Below are positions 1 to 13,322 of a stretch of 64,000 nucleotides of DNA, piece after piece. Below the pieces are notes generated by a model. The model worked only from the letters and a program-made list of their open reading frames with translations, had not been told where the DNA came from and did no database searches. Each line of letters starts with the position of its first letter. Position 1 is the first letter of the stretch. Source of the DNA: Strigamia acuminata (taxonomy: Eukaryota); contig OX442314.1 of the NCBI GenBank assembly GCA_949358305.1, positions 33,418,001 through 33,482,000 of the forward strand. Reading direction: 5' to 3'. Position numbers and translations under genes: made by a program.

Positions 1-475
1 TCGCCGGGAACCACCAAGCGTCCGCCGCTGTGTGATCGCCGGACACCTACAAAAAACCCTAAACCTAGACAACAGACCAGAAGTAAGACCTTTCAGGCAT
101 TCACTCGCGCCCGACCAGCGTGAGCCCGAAGGACCGAACGAGAAACGTGAGACGAGGACGCCATTCATTGCCACGCCGGCCCAAGACGACACCACGTTGC
201 CACGCGGACGCCATCTTGGATCCACAGCGACAAAGGACGACCTCGACCAGTTTCCCGCCAACTTCACACCCCTTTCCTTTTACCTTTTTATTCCCTTACA
301 TATTTTATTCCCTTTTAACTGTATATTCCCGTATAATAAATACATTTATTATATTTACCTTTTACATTGTCTTGCCGTGTTACATTATTTGGGTAACCGC
401 TTGAGTAAAGCGGTATTGCGAGATCAGAGAGTGACTCATACCACGTATCAGCGACAGACCGAGTTGAGCGCGACA
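1..475 (+). mobile_element. 3' part of a probable LTR, present only in this copy of the duplicated block
   Basis: Ends ...GTTGAGCGCGACA and contains AATAAA near 335. It is followed by AGGTG, exactly where identity with 33812 onward begins; the other copy has unrelated sequence (..GCACAAC) before AGGTG. Confidence 0.55.
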
Positions 476-1190
476 AGGTGTCACTTAATTTTGAGTGCAT
501 TCTAAGAAGATGCAACTCAGCAATAATGGAAGTGTAGAACTAATTATCCATAATGCCATCAATTGATCAGCAAATTTTTTCAATTTTTTCACTTAATTTT
601 CAATTTTATCACTTAAATTTTAATCTTTTCATTTGAATGTCGAGCTTTATTGCTGATTTTTAAAAATTTATAGAATTTTAATTTTTTTCATTATAACAAT
701 TATAAAAAAAAATAATTACTTTATTTAAATATAATAAATAATGTATAATATTGCGGATCCCTGTCCATTTGCTCATCTTTTGTTTCATTAGTCACTTCTC
801 ACAGGATTTATCATTCATATTGGGTTTTATGACCCCCAAAGCACACTTGGCATACTCACAGGTGTTTATAAACATCCAGATGACTTTCTTAATTTAAAAC
901 ATACCTGAGTTTGCATCGCACAAACGTTTTAAAAACTCCACTAATTCCCTCCATTGTGGAACAACCCTCCAATAATTTGTTCAATCAACATTTAACGTAA
1001 ATTAAAATATCAAAAACAAATTCTTTATTGCAAATTCAGAATTTTTAATCTCCACAAGCCACCATCTTCTGATCGGGTTTTGATTTTATATTTTTTACCA
1101 ATCCCTTATCCCGTTCATTATTTCCCTTTAATATCAAACATTTTTTTCTCCCACACACATACATAGATTTGAAAGTAAAAAAATCGCCTT

Positions 1191-2181
1191 TTATTCGTAC
1201 CAAGGAAACCAAAAAAACGTAAGAATCGCGATCACACTGAACACCAGGATTGTTTTCAATATTTTCGCTTTCCGTTCGCCCGCTCTGTTCATCAGCAACT
1301 CCTCCCCCGTCTGCGTCGCCGGCCACGGAGTCGCCGGCCGCTGATTGCCGAGTCTCACCGCCGGCGCGGACGTCGATCTCTTCCCTCTAGCTTCGTACTC
1401 CCTCGAACGGCTGTAACAACCTAAAATCCCAAAAATCAGCGATAAAAAACCGTCGAAACACACCAAAAACCATACTTTTCATTTCCCCATTTTTTCTCTC
1501 CTGCGATCCGCCAAACAAGACGTCCACCTCGCTGTCCGAATCGTCGTAACACGACGAAAACTTATCCTCGTTTTCCGCATCGCCGCCGCTGCAACTCAGG
1601 CTGGAAAACCCATCGAGCGGAAGTATATCGAGCCCCTTTTCGTCGCTCGATCGATACAGAAACAAATCGTCGTCCCAACCAGCCAACAGCGGGTCCTCCA
1701 ACTCGTCAATGATATCCGTGTTGTCCAGACTGTCGAAGGCGACGCTCAACGACTGCGGCGAACCGTTAACGAGCGCCGTGCTGTTCGGATCGGTCAAACA
1801 AGGACTCACGCTACGGAACTCTTTTTTGTGAGCGTCGCAATCTTTATCTTCTTGCTCGCTCGCCTCGTCGCCGCACGGCTTGTCCTCGATGGGAGCGTGA
1901 AGGGAGTAACATTTGGCGACCGCGTCGAGCAGCGTATCGGATCGCGTCACGCCGGAGCGCAGTTTGTTTTGGATTTTCTGCAGTTTCGTGTCGCTGCTCG
2001 ACTCGGCCAGGAAACACGCGTCGCGCTCGCAGTCGGCGTAGGTTTTCTTCGTCTCGGCGACGTCTTCTCTGCGCGGGATGAGGGAATAGCTGTAGTCGCG
2101 TCTGGCCTCTTTGTCCTTTGGTTTCGAGTGTTTCTTTTTGTCGGTTATGTCCTGTAAACTGGCTTTTTTTGTCAGCGGCAT
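1191..2181 (-). CDS. Spliced ~311-aa acidic, largely disordered protein with a C-terminal transmembrane anchor (exons 2181-1476, 1420-1191); function unknown
   Basis: A 55-nt GTATGG...TTTTAG intron (1475-1421) joins the 264-aa ORF in frame to ...KAKILKTILVFSVIAILTFFWFPWYE*. The three SNPs between copies in exon 2 are synonymous in this frame. AATAAA on the minus strand near 1025. Confidence 0.65.
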
Positions 2182-3084
2182 TTTTTTTCTGTATATTTTG
2201 TGGTTAGAAATTGGTGGGAGTTTATTGGAGGAATGAATGAGTGTGCGGGTGTTGCCGTCGTCGCATCGAATCGAACTTACCGGCGCTGTGCGTCTTTGAG
2301 CAATGGTTATTGGAATCGGCTGGTTTGGAACTCAATTTTGGTCTTATCAAAACACCTTTAAGGGAATAAACAATGAAGAGTTGGCAAGGTTACGAAAGGA
2401 AACAATGTGCACCACGCAGCGACACCATGTTACAATATAGGTGGAGTCAGAGTTTCGGTTTCTGTGGAAAACCAACAAAAGAATCAAATTTTTGTTGAAA
2501 TAATTTCTTGATTTGGTGAAAATCGAAGACTTTTTAATCCACATTTAGTTATAACAGTCAAAAACTGAACCATAGACAGAATTATGTAAAATACAGGGTG
2601 TGAAACAAATGTATACACGTTTAAATTAAATATATATTAAGCATTAGTTGCGGGCAGTGTTGTTTAATTAATGTTTCTTTCGTTTGGTGTTTAGTTTTTG
2701 AGGATCCGAGCTTTTGTTGGTTGTTGCAATTAATAATACAGCAGACCTTTGCTGTAAATTTATCGTTGGTTTCACCACATTGCACTATGCAGTAATTTTT
2801 TCCTTGTGTTTTCTTGCATTTTATAAGACAGCATAAAAATCTGCATGTTAATTATAATTACAAACAATAGAAATAACTGAGTTACCTTAACAGCTGAGAG
2901 AATCCAAGCCGATGTGGAGAATTGTTTTCGATGTTTTATACAGAATATTTTAGATGAATTGTATGCTGTGTCATTGCAGGTAGTACTAAATCAATTTTAT
3001 TCCACCCAGTGTCTTGGTGACCAAATCAAACCGATAATAAGTGGAGTGTCCACTCCATCTGTCTCGTGTGCTATTTCCAACATG

Positions 3085-4300
3085 TGTGGTGATGCTCCCC
3101 TGTTTGCGTCACAAATAGTCCCAATAAAATCTTGGTCTTAATTCCCCAACTTTCCAGCTTAGTGCACCGTTATTTTTGGACTCTACAAAACGCAATCTTT
3201 GTTATAATATACAACAAACTGGCGTCGAGGATGCTGATGCTACAACCTACAAATCGTAAATACTAACATTCTGCGTTTCATTTGGTGTGTTTTTGGTGTG
3301 TTTTTGGGCTGTTTTTGACCACTTTTTGGGCGATTGACCTTGAGTGCCTCACGTTAAACCCGAAATTTTATCAACTCCTCAATTTTTATCACGAGTCATG
3401 GCTGCGACCCCAGGGCTGTTCCAGGAATTCAACCCGGCCCACAACTGGGCACGATACGTCGACAGGCTGCAAAGCTTCTTCACGTGCTCGAAAATTGTGG
3501 ATGATGAACAAAAAGTGGCAACTTTAATTTCAAGCATCGGTGGCGACACGTACGAGCGCCTCGCGGATCTGTGTCTGCCCAAGAAAACAAACCAAAAAAA
3601 CGTTTGAAGAACGTTTGTTAAGTACATATACTAACCCTAAACCACTTCTTTTGAGCGAGCAGGCGACATTCCAGCGACGCAATCAATTGCCAAACGAGTC
3701 TGTGGCTGAGTTTGCACTGGCCCTGTCCAAACTCTCACAAAATTGTAATTACGGGGAGGAACTTCTAGTTCACTTGTGCGACCGTTTCATCATTGGTTTG
3801 CAGTCAGAGCAAATTCAACGCGCGCTCATCACGAAGGACGAGTCTGACCACGCCAAAGTGGTATAAGCAGCGATCGCCATGGAGCTGACCATGAAGGGGG
3901 TCGCTGGGCTCCACTTCGGGTCCACAAATTTGCAGATGCACAAGGTATTCGATAAGCCAAGGTCAGACCACTCCAAACGCCCCTCGCGAGGAGGCAAGAG
4001 TTCGAGCGACCGCGGCAGACAGAAAAAACACCAACACACGTCAGCGGGACCCAAGAAGTGCATGTTGTGCGGCTCCACCGGGCATCGCCGCGACGATTGC
4101 CGCCATAGAAACGTGAAATGCCACGGATGCGGCAAAGACGGCCATATCAAGCCGGTGTGCTTGTCCTCTTCTACTGCCCCGAGAGCAGCTCTCCACCATG
4201 CTGTGGAACCAAAGCAGGATTTGACGTACTACACGATTCATACGACGCCAATCGCTTCGGTTAACGCACTCAACATCGAACGAGTGAAGCCACTCATCGT
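3085..4300 (+). pseudogene. gag: Degenerate Mag-like Gypsy 5' end: probable short LTR, PBS and disrupted gag
   Basis: ...ACAACA then PBS TGGCGTCGAGGAT at 3220. Gag fragments (FNPAHNWARYVDRLQSFF; FQRRNQLPNESVAEF; LCDRFIIGL) with a frameshift and a stop. Two CCHC knuckles, CMLCGSTGHRRDDC and CHGCGKDGHIKPVC. The LTR start is approximate. Confidence 0.85.
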
Positions 4301-4301
4301 A

Positions 4302-4974
4302 TACTCTGGTTTGACTCAAGAGGGTGCCCTTCTCCCATTGGCCGAGCCGCATTACTCCTACCTCAAATTTGTATTACTACCACTAGGAGAAGTAGTTTTT
4401 ATTTTTATTATCATTTGTGATTGCTATAACCATTTAGGTTAATATAATTTCGATTATTTGTATACATAAATATTACTTCTTTTAAAGAAATAAAGTTATA
4501 TGAACATATAAATCAAAAACTCATTTTTGTTTTGTTTATCGGTTTTTTGGTCTGGACCGAACACAATTTTTGAAGTATTTATTAGATGCTTTTTCTGGAA
4601 TAACAAACAAAATGTCAACAAGTAATTATAGCAGTTTCTGTTCATCACCCGATCTTATTAACCTTTTGGAATTTCCTGTTGTTGGATTACGTAAGCAAGG
4701 AACTAGACGTGGTGGCCATGCTCCTTCAATTCCAGTTGCCGAATTTCAAAAATTCAAGAGTGGTCGACCTATAAATAGGCAGGCGAAACAAATCGTGTTG
4801 AATATTTACAACAAAGTTATAAATAATCGATCGCAAATTGGATATAAAAAACTGGAAAAAATTGTGTCGTGTCTCACTGGAATAGGATTAAATTCCGTAC
4901 GCAAAATTAGAAAGGAGTTGCTTGATCAGGGTGAGTAAAAAGATTTAATAATTAATATTTAATAAAAATAAAGC
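4302..4974 (+). mobile_element. 5' part of IS630/Tc1-like DNA transposon (duplicate of 37638-38310)
   Basis: HTH-like exon (VSCLTGIGLNSVRKIRKE) followed by GTGAGT donor; identical to the copy that continues at 58886. Confidence 0.7.
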
Positions 4975-6039
4975 TGTCACGATTAATTCTGTTGGTATAA
5001 TTAATTCCTAACAATATTGCGCAAAAACTAATTCGCGCAATAGTAATGGGCAACGTTCGTAGATTTCCCTAAACCTTGTTTCCTTCAAATGAGGACATCC
5101 AGAAACTCAGGAAACCTAATACTCGCGTTTGACTAACATAATTTATATTGGACAGTTTTTTGCTTACGGCGGGTGTTGTAGTCGTAAAAGAATGGAAGCA
5201 CGATGATATTAACCTAAAGTGGAAAGGGGATATCATCGGGCAGTGATAATATAAAAGATGGCGGCTTAGAAAATAGCGCAATAGGGTTAGATGTAAGAGC
5301 GCTTGTTGAAGGCGCAAATCATAGCAGACTAAATCTAAATGTTACTAAGGGAAATTGGTGTTATCCGTTAGAGAGCATAAGAAGAAGTGATTAAACTTAG
5401 GATGATTGGAAAGAGGAAAACTCAGTCATGTGACTGGTCAGATCAATTAGAGAAGGGGGTGGAAAGGTGAAAATAGGAGTTCAATTGTTAAGAATAATGA
5501 TATGCGCATCATCCAGATTGCGCATTCATTAAATGAAGATGAGTAAGCGAGATGAATCATTACGAGTGTCAGAAACAAGAAAATATTATAAGAAATAAGA
5601 TTGGGTTATTCTAAAATAAAAATAGGCGGGTAGACGTGCCCGTGACATCCCCCTCCCCTTAAACCTTTATTATAGTTGTTGAAATAAAGGCAAAGAGAGA
5701 GAGACTCACTCAGATCAATACAACAATAATACTCTGGGATAAATACAATCAAATCTTGGTTAACATACGAAATAAATGTCTAGATTAACATACTCTTGAT
5801 TAAATATGATGATTATGACTATTCGGGATCGTCACCAGATAATAATAATAACAAAAATCAAAAATTAACTCATCAGGAAGCTTGAGAATAAATCTACCGA
5901 CCGACTTGTAAATGAAAATTATAAATCAGTAAGGTTAGGAATAATAAACAAACATTTTCAAATAAACTGTATAAAAATCATCGAATAAAGCCTAAACAAT
6001 TTTTATGGACGAAGACAAGACTAACTAAACACGCGACGC

Positions 6040-6205
6040 CAGGGCCGTTTCGACCTATGAGGCAAAGAGGCGGCCGCCTCAGGCGGCACACTGACAGGGG
6101 CGGCATAGAAATAGGTTTTTTTTTTTTTTTTTTTTTTTTTTTGGGGGGGGGGGGCGGCATTTTTAATGCTCGCCTCACCACAGATATTTACTAGGAACGG
6201 CCCTG
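6040..6205. mobile_element. hAT-type MITE (166 bp)
   Basis: TIR CAGGGCCGTT...AACGGCCCTG; 8-bp TSD CGCGACGC at 6032-6039 and 6206-6213. Confidence 0.9.
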
Positions 6206-7159
6206 CGCGACGCTCACAGGAGGACATGGACTAAATCTTTTAGGATTGGACGGACTTGAGGCTATACACTTTAGTTCAATTTCAGCACAATAAAAATATT
6301 TTACCCATTTGCTTGTAAAACGAAGCAATAAATTTCTACGCGGATAAATTTTAAACACGAAAAATATACAACTAAAGAACGTCACAAGAGAATTTATCTT
6401 ACGAACAGGGGGTTTTATTCGGATTGGATACCTTTAAGGAATATGGCGCAAATAAATGCGCAAAACAAAACAAGGTAAGGGATACGATACATGAATGTAC
6501 ACTTAACATCAGGTAGGTATATAAGGAATGATGGGAGAAATAAACGTAAAACATGAAAATTGCGCAATATTGGCGCGATAAACAAAAATATAAACATGAC
6601 ACTATTTGGAATCATCAAAGGAAAACAATAAAAATGGGGATAAAGGCATCCTCATGCACAACCGGACCGGTTGCCACGGGAAAATTATCACGGTTAGAAA
6701 CATTAGGCATTATGAAAATTGAATAAATACTAAATTTGAAAAATCACAATAATATATCACAGTTATGAGTATCACAAATAATTATCACTATCATGACCTA
6801 TTCCAGTAATTCAAATGATACAAACTAAAATTAAACGTAATCATCTCAATTTGAGGAATTTTAAAAATTAGAATAATTTCTGGAATAAATCAGGATTTAA
6901 ATTCAAAATTATCACAATATAATGAAATTATAATAATGGGAAATAATAAGAATAAAGGCACTTTAGACACTAAAAGTCACTAATTGTTCGGCTAACAGTC
7001 TGGTCTAAAACGTCAAAAATAAAATATAACTAAATGAAAACACTTCACTTTTTGGAGCACTTATCCAGCGGTGATGAAGATCAGATAAATTTGCGCAATA
7101 AATGTTTCCAGCAGTCTGTGGAATATTACACTTGTTGAAAAACACTTAGCACAAAATGA

Positions 7160-7540
7160 TGATGAAAAACACAAACACAACGGCCAGAACACAAAATCAG
7201 TTCCTCAACTCCGTAGAGAAATTTTAGGAGGGCGCTATAAGAAATTGATGCTCTGGGACGTGTGAGATGAATTTGTATGATGAAATATTTCACTCGCATC
7301 CATAATGGTGGCGAGAAACAAAACCAGTTCCGCAACTCCGTAGAGAAATTTTAGGCGGGCGCTATAAGGAGTTGTTCTCGGGGCACTAAACGAATAGCTG
7401 AGATGAAATACACTTTACTTCTAACTCATATGTGGGGATGAGAATAAGACCAGTTCCGTAACTCAGATGAGAAATTTTACACGGGCGCTATAAGGAAATA
7501 TTCTCACATCGTTGAACGAGTAGAAGTGATGAAATACACT
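7160..7540 (-). repeat. Three tandem ~126-bp structured repeats (duplicate of 40497-40877)
   Basis: Invariant core CTTATAGCGCCC-3-TAAAATTTCTC-4-GAGTT-2-GGAACTG on the minus strand, with covarying stems. Confidence 0.85.
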
Positions 7541-7667
7541 TTTCGGTGTTGATTTTGTAGTTGAATTGCGCAAAGAGAATGGTGGCGCAAAATGGGTAGT
7601 CCTACGGTCTTCCGAGTGACGATGTTGTTGTCCCGTAGAATATCTAATTTAATGAAATCGTTATTGT

Positions 7668-10600
7668 TTATTGAGAGTTACCCGACAAGGTTCGGTAAGG
7701 TGTTGGCATTCGAAATGATTTTATCATGTTTAACGCCACGTTGACCACAACTCTCATCGCGTCTCGGTAGTTGGTGGCACCTTGCCGGTTAATCTCATTT
7801 CTACAATGGTCCAAGAAGAGTTCTCCGTATCGGCGATACAGCGAATTGAGGAGTGGTCTGGCCTCTTCCGGGCTCATGCGTAGGTCTGCAGATGCGAGGG
7901 ATTGGAAAAGTTGGCGAACTGACGAAGCAGACATTCCAAATTGGAGGCACGGTCCGTTGGCATTCGCAAAATTGCATTCGACCGCAGCTGGTGGCAGAAG
8001 GCTGGGGAGCAGCTCCAGGGTGATGCGGGGTGGCGTGTCATCCCAAATTTGCGATCCTTGAGCCGGTGGAATAGATGGTGCTGTCATCGGGTAAAAACCT
8101 GAATCCGTCATCAGATTGCGCAATTCTTGAAGGCGCAATTCATCCGACCGTCTCTTTTCTTCCTCTTTTTCTGCTTGCTCACGAGCTTTGCGTTCGGCTG
8201 CTTTGCGGTGGGCTTCTGCAACTCGGGTTTTTTCCAACTCGTGCTCCGCCTCTCGTTCTTGGCGTCTTTTCTCCTCCATCATATTATTATAGTCTCTGTT
8301 GTCCTGGACTTTGTAAAGGTGGACGGAGATCTCACGATGAAGGGTCCATATCAAGATCTCAATTGCGGTTTCGGAGTCGTACGTGCTACACTCGGACATT
8401 CGTTTTTCAACTTGTCGCGCAATGTAGGGCCGTTTGTCCATCATTTCTTTTTGGGTCGTGCGAAAATCTCCTTGGTAGACGCTAAAATCTTCTATCATCA
8501 TGAAGGTGATGAGTGTGTTCCAGGCCTTCCAGGGGATTTGGAAACGAGTTTGGGAAACTCCGGGTCCCTTGATGGAGATCTGGACCTCGAATTTGCGCAA
8601 GAATTCTTCTACGACTTCCAACGAGTTAACTGGTTTTTGGGTCACTCCATACTTGTCATACGCCAATTCGCAACGGAAAGCGACTTTTTTAAATGAAAGT
8701 CCAGGTCCGATATTTGGAATTGCGCAGTCGAGTCGGGATCGGTAAGGTGATGAGTCCGAAACGAGAGTCGACGTCACTGGAATCTTTGCGGTGGCAGCCG
8801 TTGTGGTGGACATGTTAAAGTTGGCGCCCGACGACGTTGTTGAGGTTACATTGCGCGGGATTTCATACTAAGGTCGAAATAACTAAGGTCGAAATTATTC
8901 CTTTTCATAAAATATTTTCTTAGTCGTATGTAACTAAGGGCGAAATGATTAAAGTCGAAATTACACATACCGAAATGACTAAAGTCGAAATGAATAAGGT
9001 CGAAATCCTGTTCCTATCTTATTCATGAATAAGGTCGAAATCCTGTTCCTATCTTATTCATGAATAAGGTCGAAATGACTAAGGTCGAAATCCTGTTTCG
9101 ACCTTATTCATGAATAAGGTCGAAACACAACATTTTTATATGAATAAGGTCGAAACACAAAAACTCAAAAACACGAGAATTTCACACGATAATCTTGTGT
9201 CTTCTCTCGTTCTGTAATAACATAAAAAATGTTTTTAATCACATGTTTTTAGTATTTTCAGGAAACCAGAGCAGCTTCTAGAACTAACCTTTTCTCATTT
9301 ATTAAAACTAAAAACACACGTAAAAAATAGTACGAAACTCTATTAAAACTGGAAAAACACGTAAAAGATCATAACCATGAAAAACCAATTAAAACATAAA
9401 AAAAAACCTGAAAAATCACCAAAAAACCGAAAAAAAACTGGGAAAAAAACATTAAAAACCGTAAAAAAGGGTTTAAAAATGAAAAAAACCCTAATAAATC
9501 GTAAAAAAATGATAAAAACGAGTTAAAACCAGTTGAAAACCATGAAAAACAATGAAAAACCAAAAAAAAATATGGCGTCAATGTGCTGCAGTGAAGCACC
9601 GGGTAAATGCGCTAAGCAGCCTGCCGGCACGCATTTTGTAATAGATACGGTGTTTTGGGCAGTGTTTTTTCCATTGTTTAATCAGGCCAGTGTGTTACCA
9701 GTAGTAACCCACTTTATAGTGCCAATTAACTTTCCAAAAAGAAATGAAATCAAAGTCAAAAGGAAAACAAATTTATTTAGGCTAAAATGAATTTTTTTTT
9801 TATTACTTATTTACATAATAAATGAGAAAAATGAGAAAAGGTTAGTTCTAGAAGCTGCTCTGGTTTCCTGAAAATACTAAAAACATGTGATAAAAAACAT
9901 TTTTTATGTTATTACAGAACGAGAGAAGACACGAGATTTTGTTTCGACCTTATTCATATAAAAATTTTGTGTTTCGACCTTATTCATGAATAAGATCGAA
10001 ATTACATATAAAAAAATTGACTACAGTCGAATTGACTAAGGTCGAAATCCTGCTTCTTCCTTATTCATGAATAAGGTCGAAATAACTAAGGTCGAAATCC
10101 TTTTTTTTTACCTTATTCATGAATAAGGTCGAAATTACATATACAGTAATGACTGGGGTCGAAATAACTAAGGTCGAAATCCAGTTTCGACCTTATTCAT
10201 TTCGACCCAAGTATCCCATCCCCATTGCGCCCAGGAAATTGCGCATAAGTAATCGGCGTCACTGGTAAAGTTGGAATGTTTGAAAGTTTTACCTGTTGGC
10301 ACGATGAAACTTCGATTGCTGGTGCAATTGGCGAAATCGTGTAGGTTTGTGAAAACACATCGGCCGAAGCAACAGGGGCAGTCGACGCTGGTAACGGCGA
10401 CGGTGAAGCTGGAAAAAGATCGGCAGATAAATTTTCATTAATATTTGAATTGTCAGTCTCAGGATCAGGAATTGGTGAATTCGGTGTTGATGCTGATAAT
10501 TGCGCTTTCACTGCTGGTGTCAGTCTAGCGCTCAGTGGCGGTCCGCGTGGCTTGTTGACGACAGCGCGGGGATCACGTAATCGGGAAGAACCAGGCTTAA

Positions 10601-11888
10601 CAGATGGAATGTCGATATCCCGGATGTCAATCATCTTTCGTTCAAGTCTGCGGACGTCACTGATTTTAGCGGTGGGAACACTACCGCGAATTTCGTTCGT
10701 GATGTCCAGAATCGACGGGGTCACACTCATCGTGGATTGTGCATCGAATTCTACAGGTCCAGCGGCAGCAAGTGAACGTCGAGAATCGTCCATGCTTTCA
10801 TTGCGCAATTTTTCTTGCGCGGAATCGTCCGCTAGCACTGATGGTTCTGGAATGAATTGCAGTTGTGGCACTGGTCGAAGCGCCGTCTCTGTTGGTGGAG
10901 TTGAAAATTCAACATTAGACACAGTGGAATTGGAGTACAAACTTTCGGTTTCCTCTTTGTCGGTTACGGTGAGCGTAGCCATTTTCTCGGCCGCTTTGGC
11001 AATTGTCTCCGCCGAGGGTCTGGGCACGAATTGTTCCGTCTCCGTGTCTCGAGTAGGATCATGTGGAAGCGCAGACGATGAGGATGCCAAAGTGTTGCGC
11101 ACCTTGATGGCTAGTTGCTGCTCTCGATTTGGATTTTGATTCATCGAGCATGGTGGTTTACGCTGGTAGAAATATGGCAGCGCGGTGTCGGAGTTGTCGT
11201 CGATCGTGTTGAGGTCTCCTAGCGACTCCAATGCAATGCTGATCTGTTCTTGAAGACTCGCATCGGTCCCTGGGAAGCTGTGAAAGAACTGGGGCAACGT
11301 TGGTTGCGCTTCATCCACCTCCCGCTGTTCTTGGTCCATCAGGTCCAAACCGGCGATTTCGTCGGCGAGCAAATTCGGCACTTGCGCAAAGGTGACGCGC
11401 ATCAACTCGGCTGTCGGGTAAATCCAATTTCTGGGCACGATTCTCGCCTGTCTCGCCTCTCGCTGGAGTCGATGCCAATATTTAAAATGACTGGCGCGGA
11501 ATCTTTGTACCATTGCTGGGGTCCCGTTCGGTGGCCGGAATTGTGGAAACTCCACTCCGATTAAATATACCTTGTCCTGGACACGACGAAACAGGCACCA
11601 GCCATAAATCTGGCGCATCCACACACGATAAAATCCGCGTCGCAGGTCGCCCCGTCCGTCACACGCTCGGCACGTCTTAGCCACACCCGAGACAGCAAGT
11701 TCATAACCATATCCGGAACAAACCGGACATATTTCGAAGTTGGGAAAGCTCTGTTCACGTGGATCGTTCGGATGCCAGCATGGAAATTTAGGCGGTCCGA
11801 CTGCGTGAAGCGGTGGTTCGGCATAATTTTTCGGATAGGGTTCGCCTGGGAAATCCTCCTTGCACCGACATACATGTTTGTCAGCCAT
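7668..11888 (-). pseudogene. ORF3 of the large Gypsy element, split by a MITE (duplicate of 41005-45225)
   Basis: The 563-aa and 381-aa ORFs fuse in frame after removing 8857-10222 plus one TSD copy. Confidence 0.85.
8857..10222. mobile_element. Foldback-type non-autonomous DNA transposon (1366 bp)
   Basis: Termini GGGAT...ATCCC, inverted arms rich in AAGGTCGAAA motifs, 8-bp TSD CATTGCGC (8849-8856 and 10223-10230). Confidence 0.9.
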
Positions 11889-12810
11889 GTTGTCTTAACT
11901 GATTGAGGTTGTGCCTAATTGATTTCAATTATCTGGTTTATATAAACGAATTCAAACAATAGATATATGACAAACGTTACTTACAATTAGAATTGCGCAA
12001 ATAATGAACGCGCACAAAACATAACACACGAAGTTTCAACACATGATGTTAATCCATAGAAGAAGAGTGCACGAGTATCAAACGCTTCGAGAACTTTCTC
12101 ACACAGGTGTCATAAAAGCACATGGGTATAAAGTGTGGGTGTTTGAGGTTAGTCGTAACTGTTTCAATAGAACGACGAACTCTAGTGTGGGGAATTGGAA
12201 GTTAACGAAAGATTGTAAATGAATGTTCTAGAAGAAGTAATCAAATTTAACGTTTGTCTTCAATGAAAAAGTTTAGCATATGCAAATCTAGATACGCATA
12301 GACACATAAAACTAAATTGAAATAATAAATTGGAAAAAATAAACAATCTAAACACGTGGTGTTTTGAAAATTCAATTATAAGTGTCACACTCTAGTGGAC
12401 AATCTTGTCCCTACTAGAAATGGACTTAGTCAATTTTGAAACGAATAAATATGAAACGTAGAACGAATAACATAAAACATAAAATATTTAAGAATAAAGA
12501 AACATAAAAACATAAATGAAATTTTTTCTTCAAAGTTACGATGAAATTACACCGGATTACATTGGATTTTTTTTTTTGTTTTCTTTTTTTTTTTTTTTTT
12601 TTTGAAAAAATAATCGGAAAAAATTATTTGAAAGAAAGAAAATAAGCAGTGAAAATATCTAGTGTGTTAGCAGTATAGTTTTCGACATGCTTGTCGATAA
12701 TTTCGACATCTTTTAAGGTTAGGAAATTAATTTGCGCAAAATGCCAATGGCGAAGTTCAACAACGTTGTATGGTTGTGTTTTTCTGCCATTTTGGTCCAT
12801 TAAGATGACA

Positions 12811-13010
12811 NNNNNNNNNNNNNNNNNNNNNNNNNNNNNNNNNNNNNNNNNNNNNNNNNNNNNNNNNNNNNNNNNNNNNNNNNNNNNNNNNNNNNNNNNN
12901 NNNNNNNNNNNNNNNNNNNNNNNNNNNNNNNNNNNNNNNNNNNNNNNNNNNNNNNNNNNNNNNNNNNNNNNNNNNNNNNNNNNNNNNNNNNNNNNNNNNN
13001 NNNNNNNNNN
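12811..13010. other. Assembly gap (200 N)
   Basis: Run of n characters. Confidence 1.
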
Positions 13011-13081
13011 GCAAATTCTAAAATAAATTATTTAATTTGAAAAGTTTGTTATTATTTAAAATCACAACTTTTCTTAGGAAA

Positions 13082-13322
13082 CGAAAAAAAACGTAGTAAA
13101 ATGTGTGCAAAAACGTGTTAAAATGTGGCAAAACTTTGGCAAAACGTGTGCCAAAACGTGGCAAAATGTGTGCAAAAGCGTGGTAAAATGTGTGCAAAAA
13201 CGTGGTAAAATGTGTGCAAAACCTTGGCAAAATGTGTGCAAAAACGTGGTAAAATGTGTGCAAAAACTTGGCAAAATGTGCGCAAAAACGTGACAAAATG
13301 TGTGCAAAAACGTGGTAAAATG
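13082..13322. repeat. Minisatellite, ~22-bp unit AAAATGTGTGCAAAAACGTGGT (11-bp subunits)
   Basis: About 10 degenerate tandem copies. Confidence 0.9.

Larger units (their letters stand above)
476..12810. repeat. 12.3-kb near-identical direct duplication of 33812-46147
   Basis: ORF track repeats at offset 33336/33337. A few SNPs at the left end (about 575, 916, 1263, 1269, 1347, 1577, 1637) and a 1-bp indel near 5850. The copy stops at the N gap. Confidence 0.97.
4975..12810 (-). mobile_element. Second copy of the 3' part of the large Gypsy element (3' LTR 4975-5647, PPT, 3' UTR, ORF3, end of integrase), cut by the gap
   Basis: Near-identical to 38311-46147, including both MITE insertions. 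Confidence 0.95.

Noticed and set aside
1045..1326. 93-aa ORF as a separate gene
   Set aside because: The SNPs between copies are non-synonymous here but silent in the 1191-1420 frame, which splices to the upstream ORF.
4975..12810. Independent second insertion of the large Gypsy element
   Set aside because: It shares the same flank, TSD side and secondary MITE insertions, so it belongs to the block duplication.
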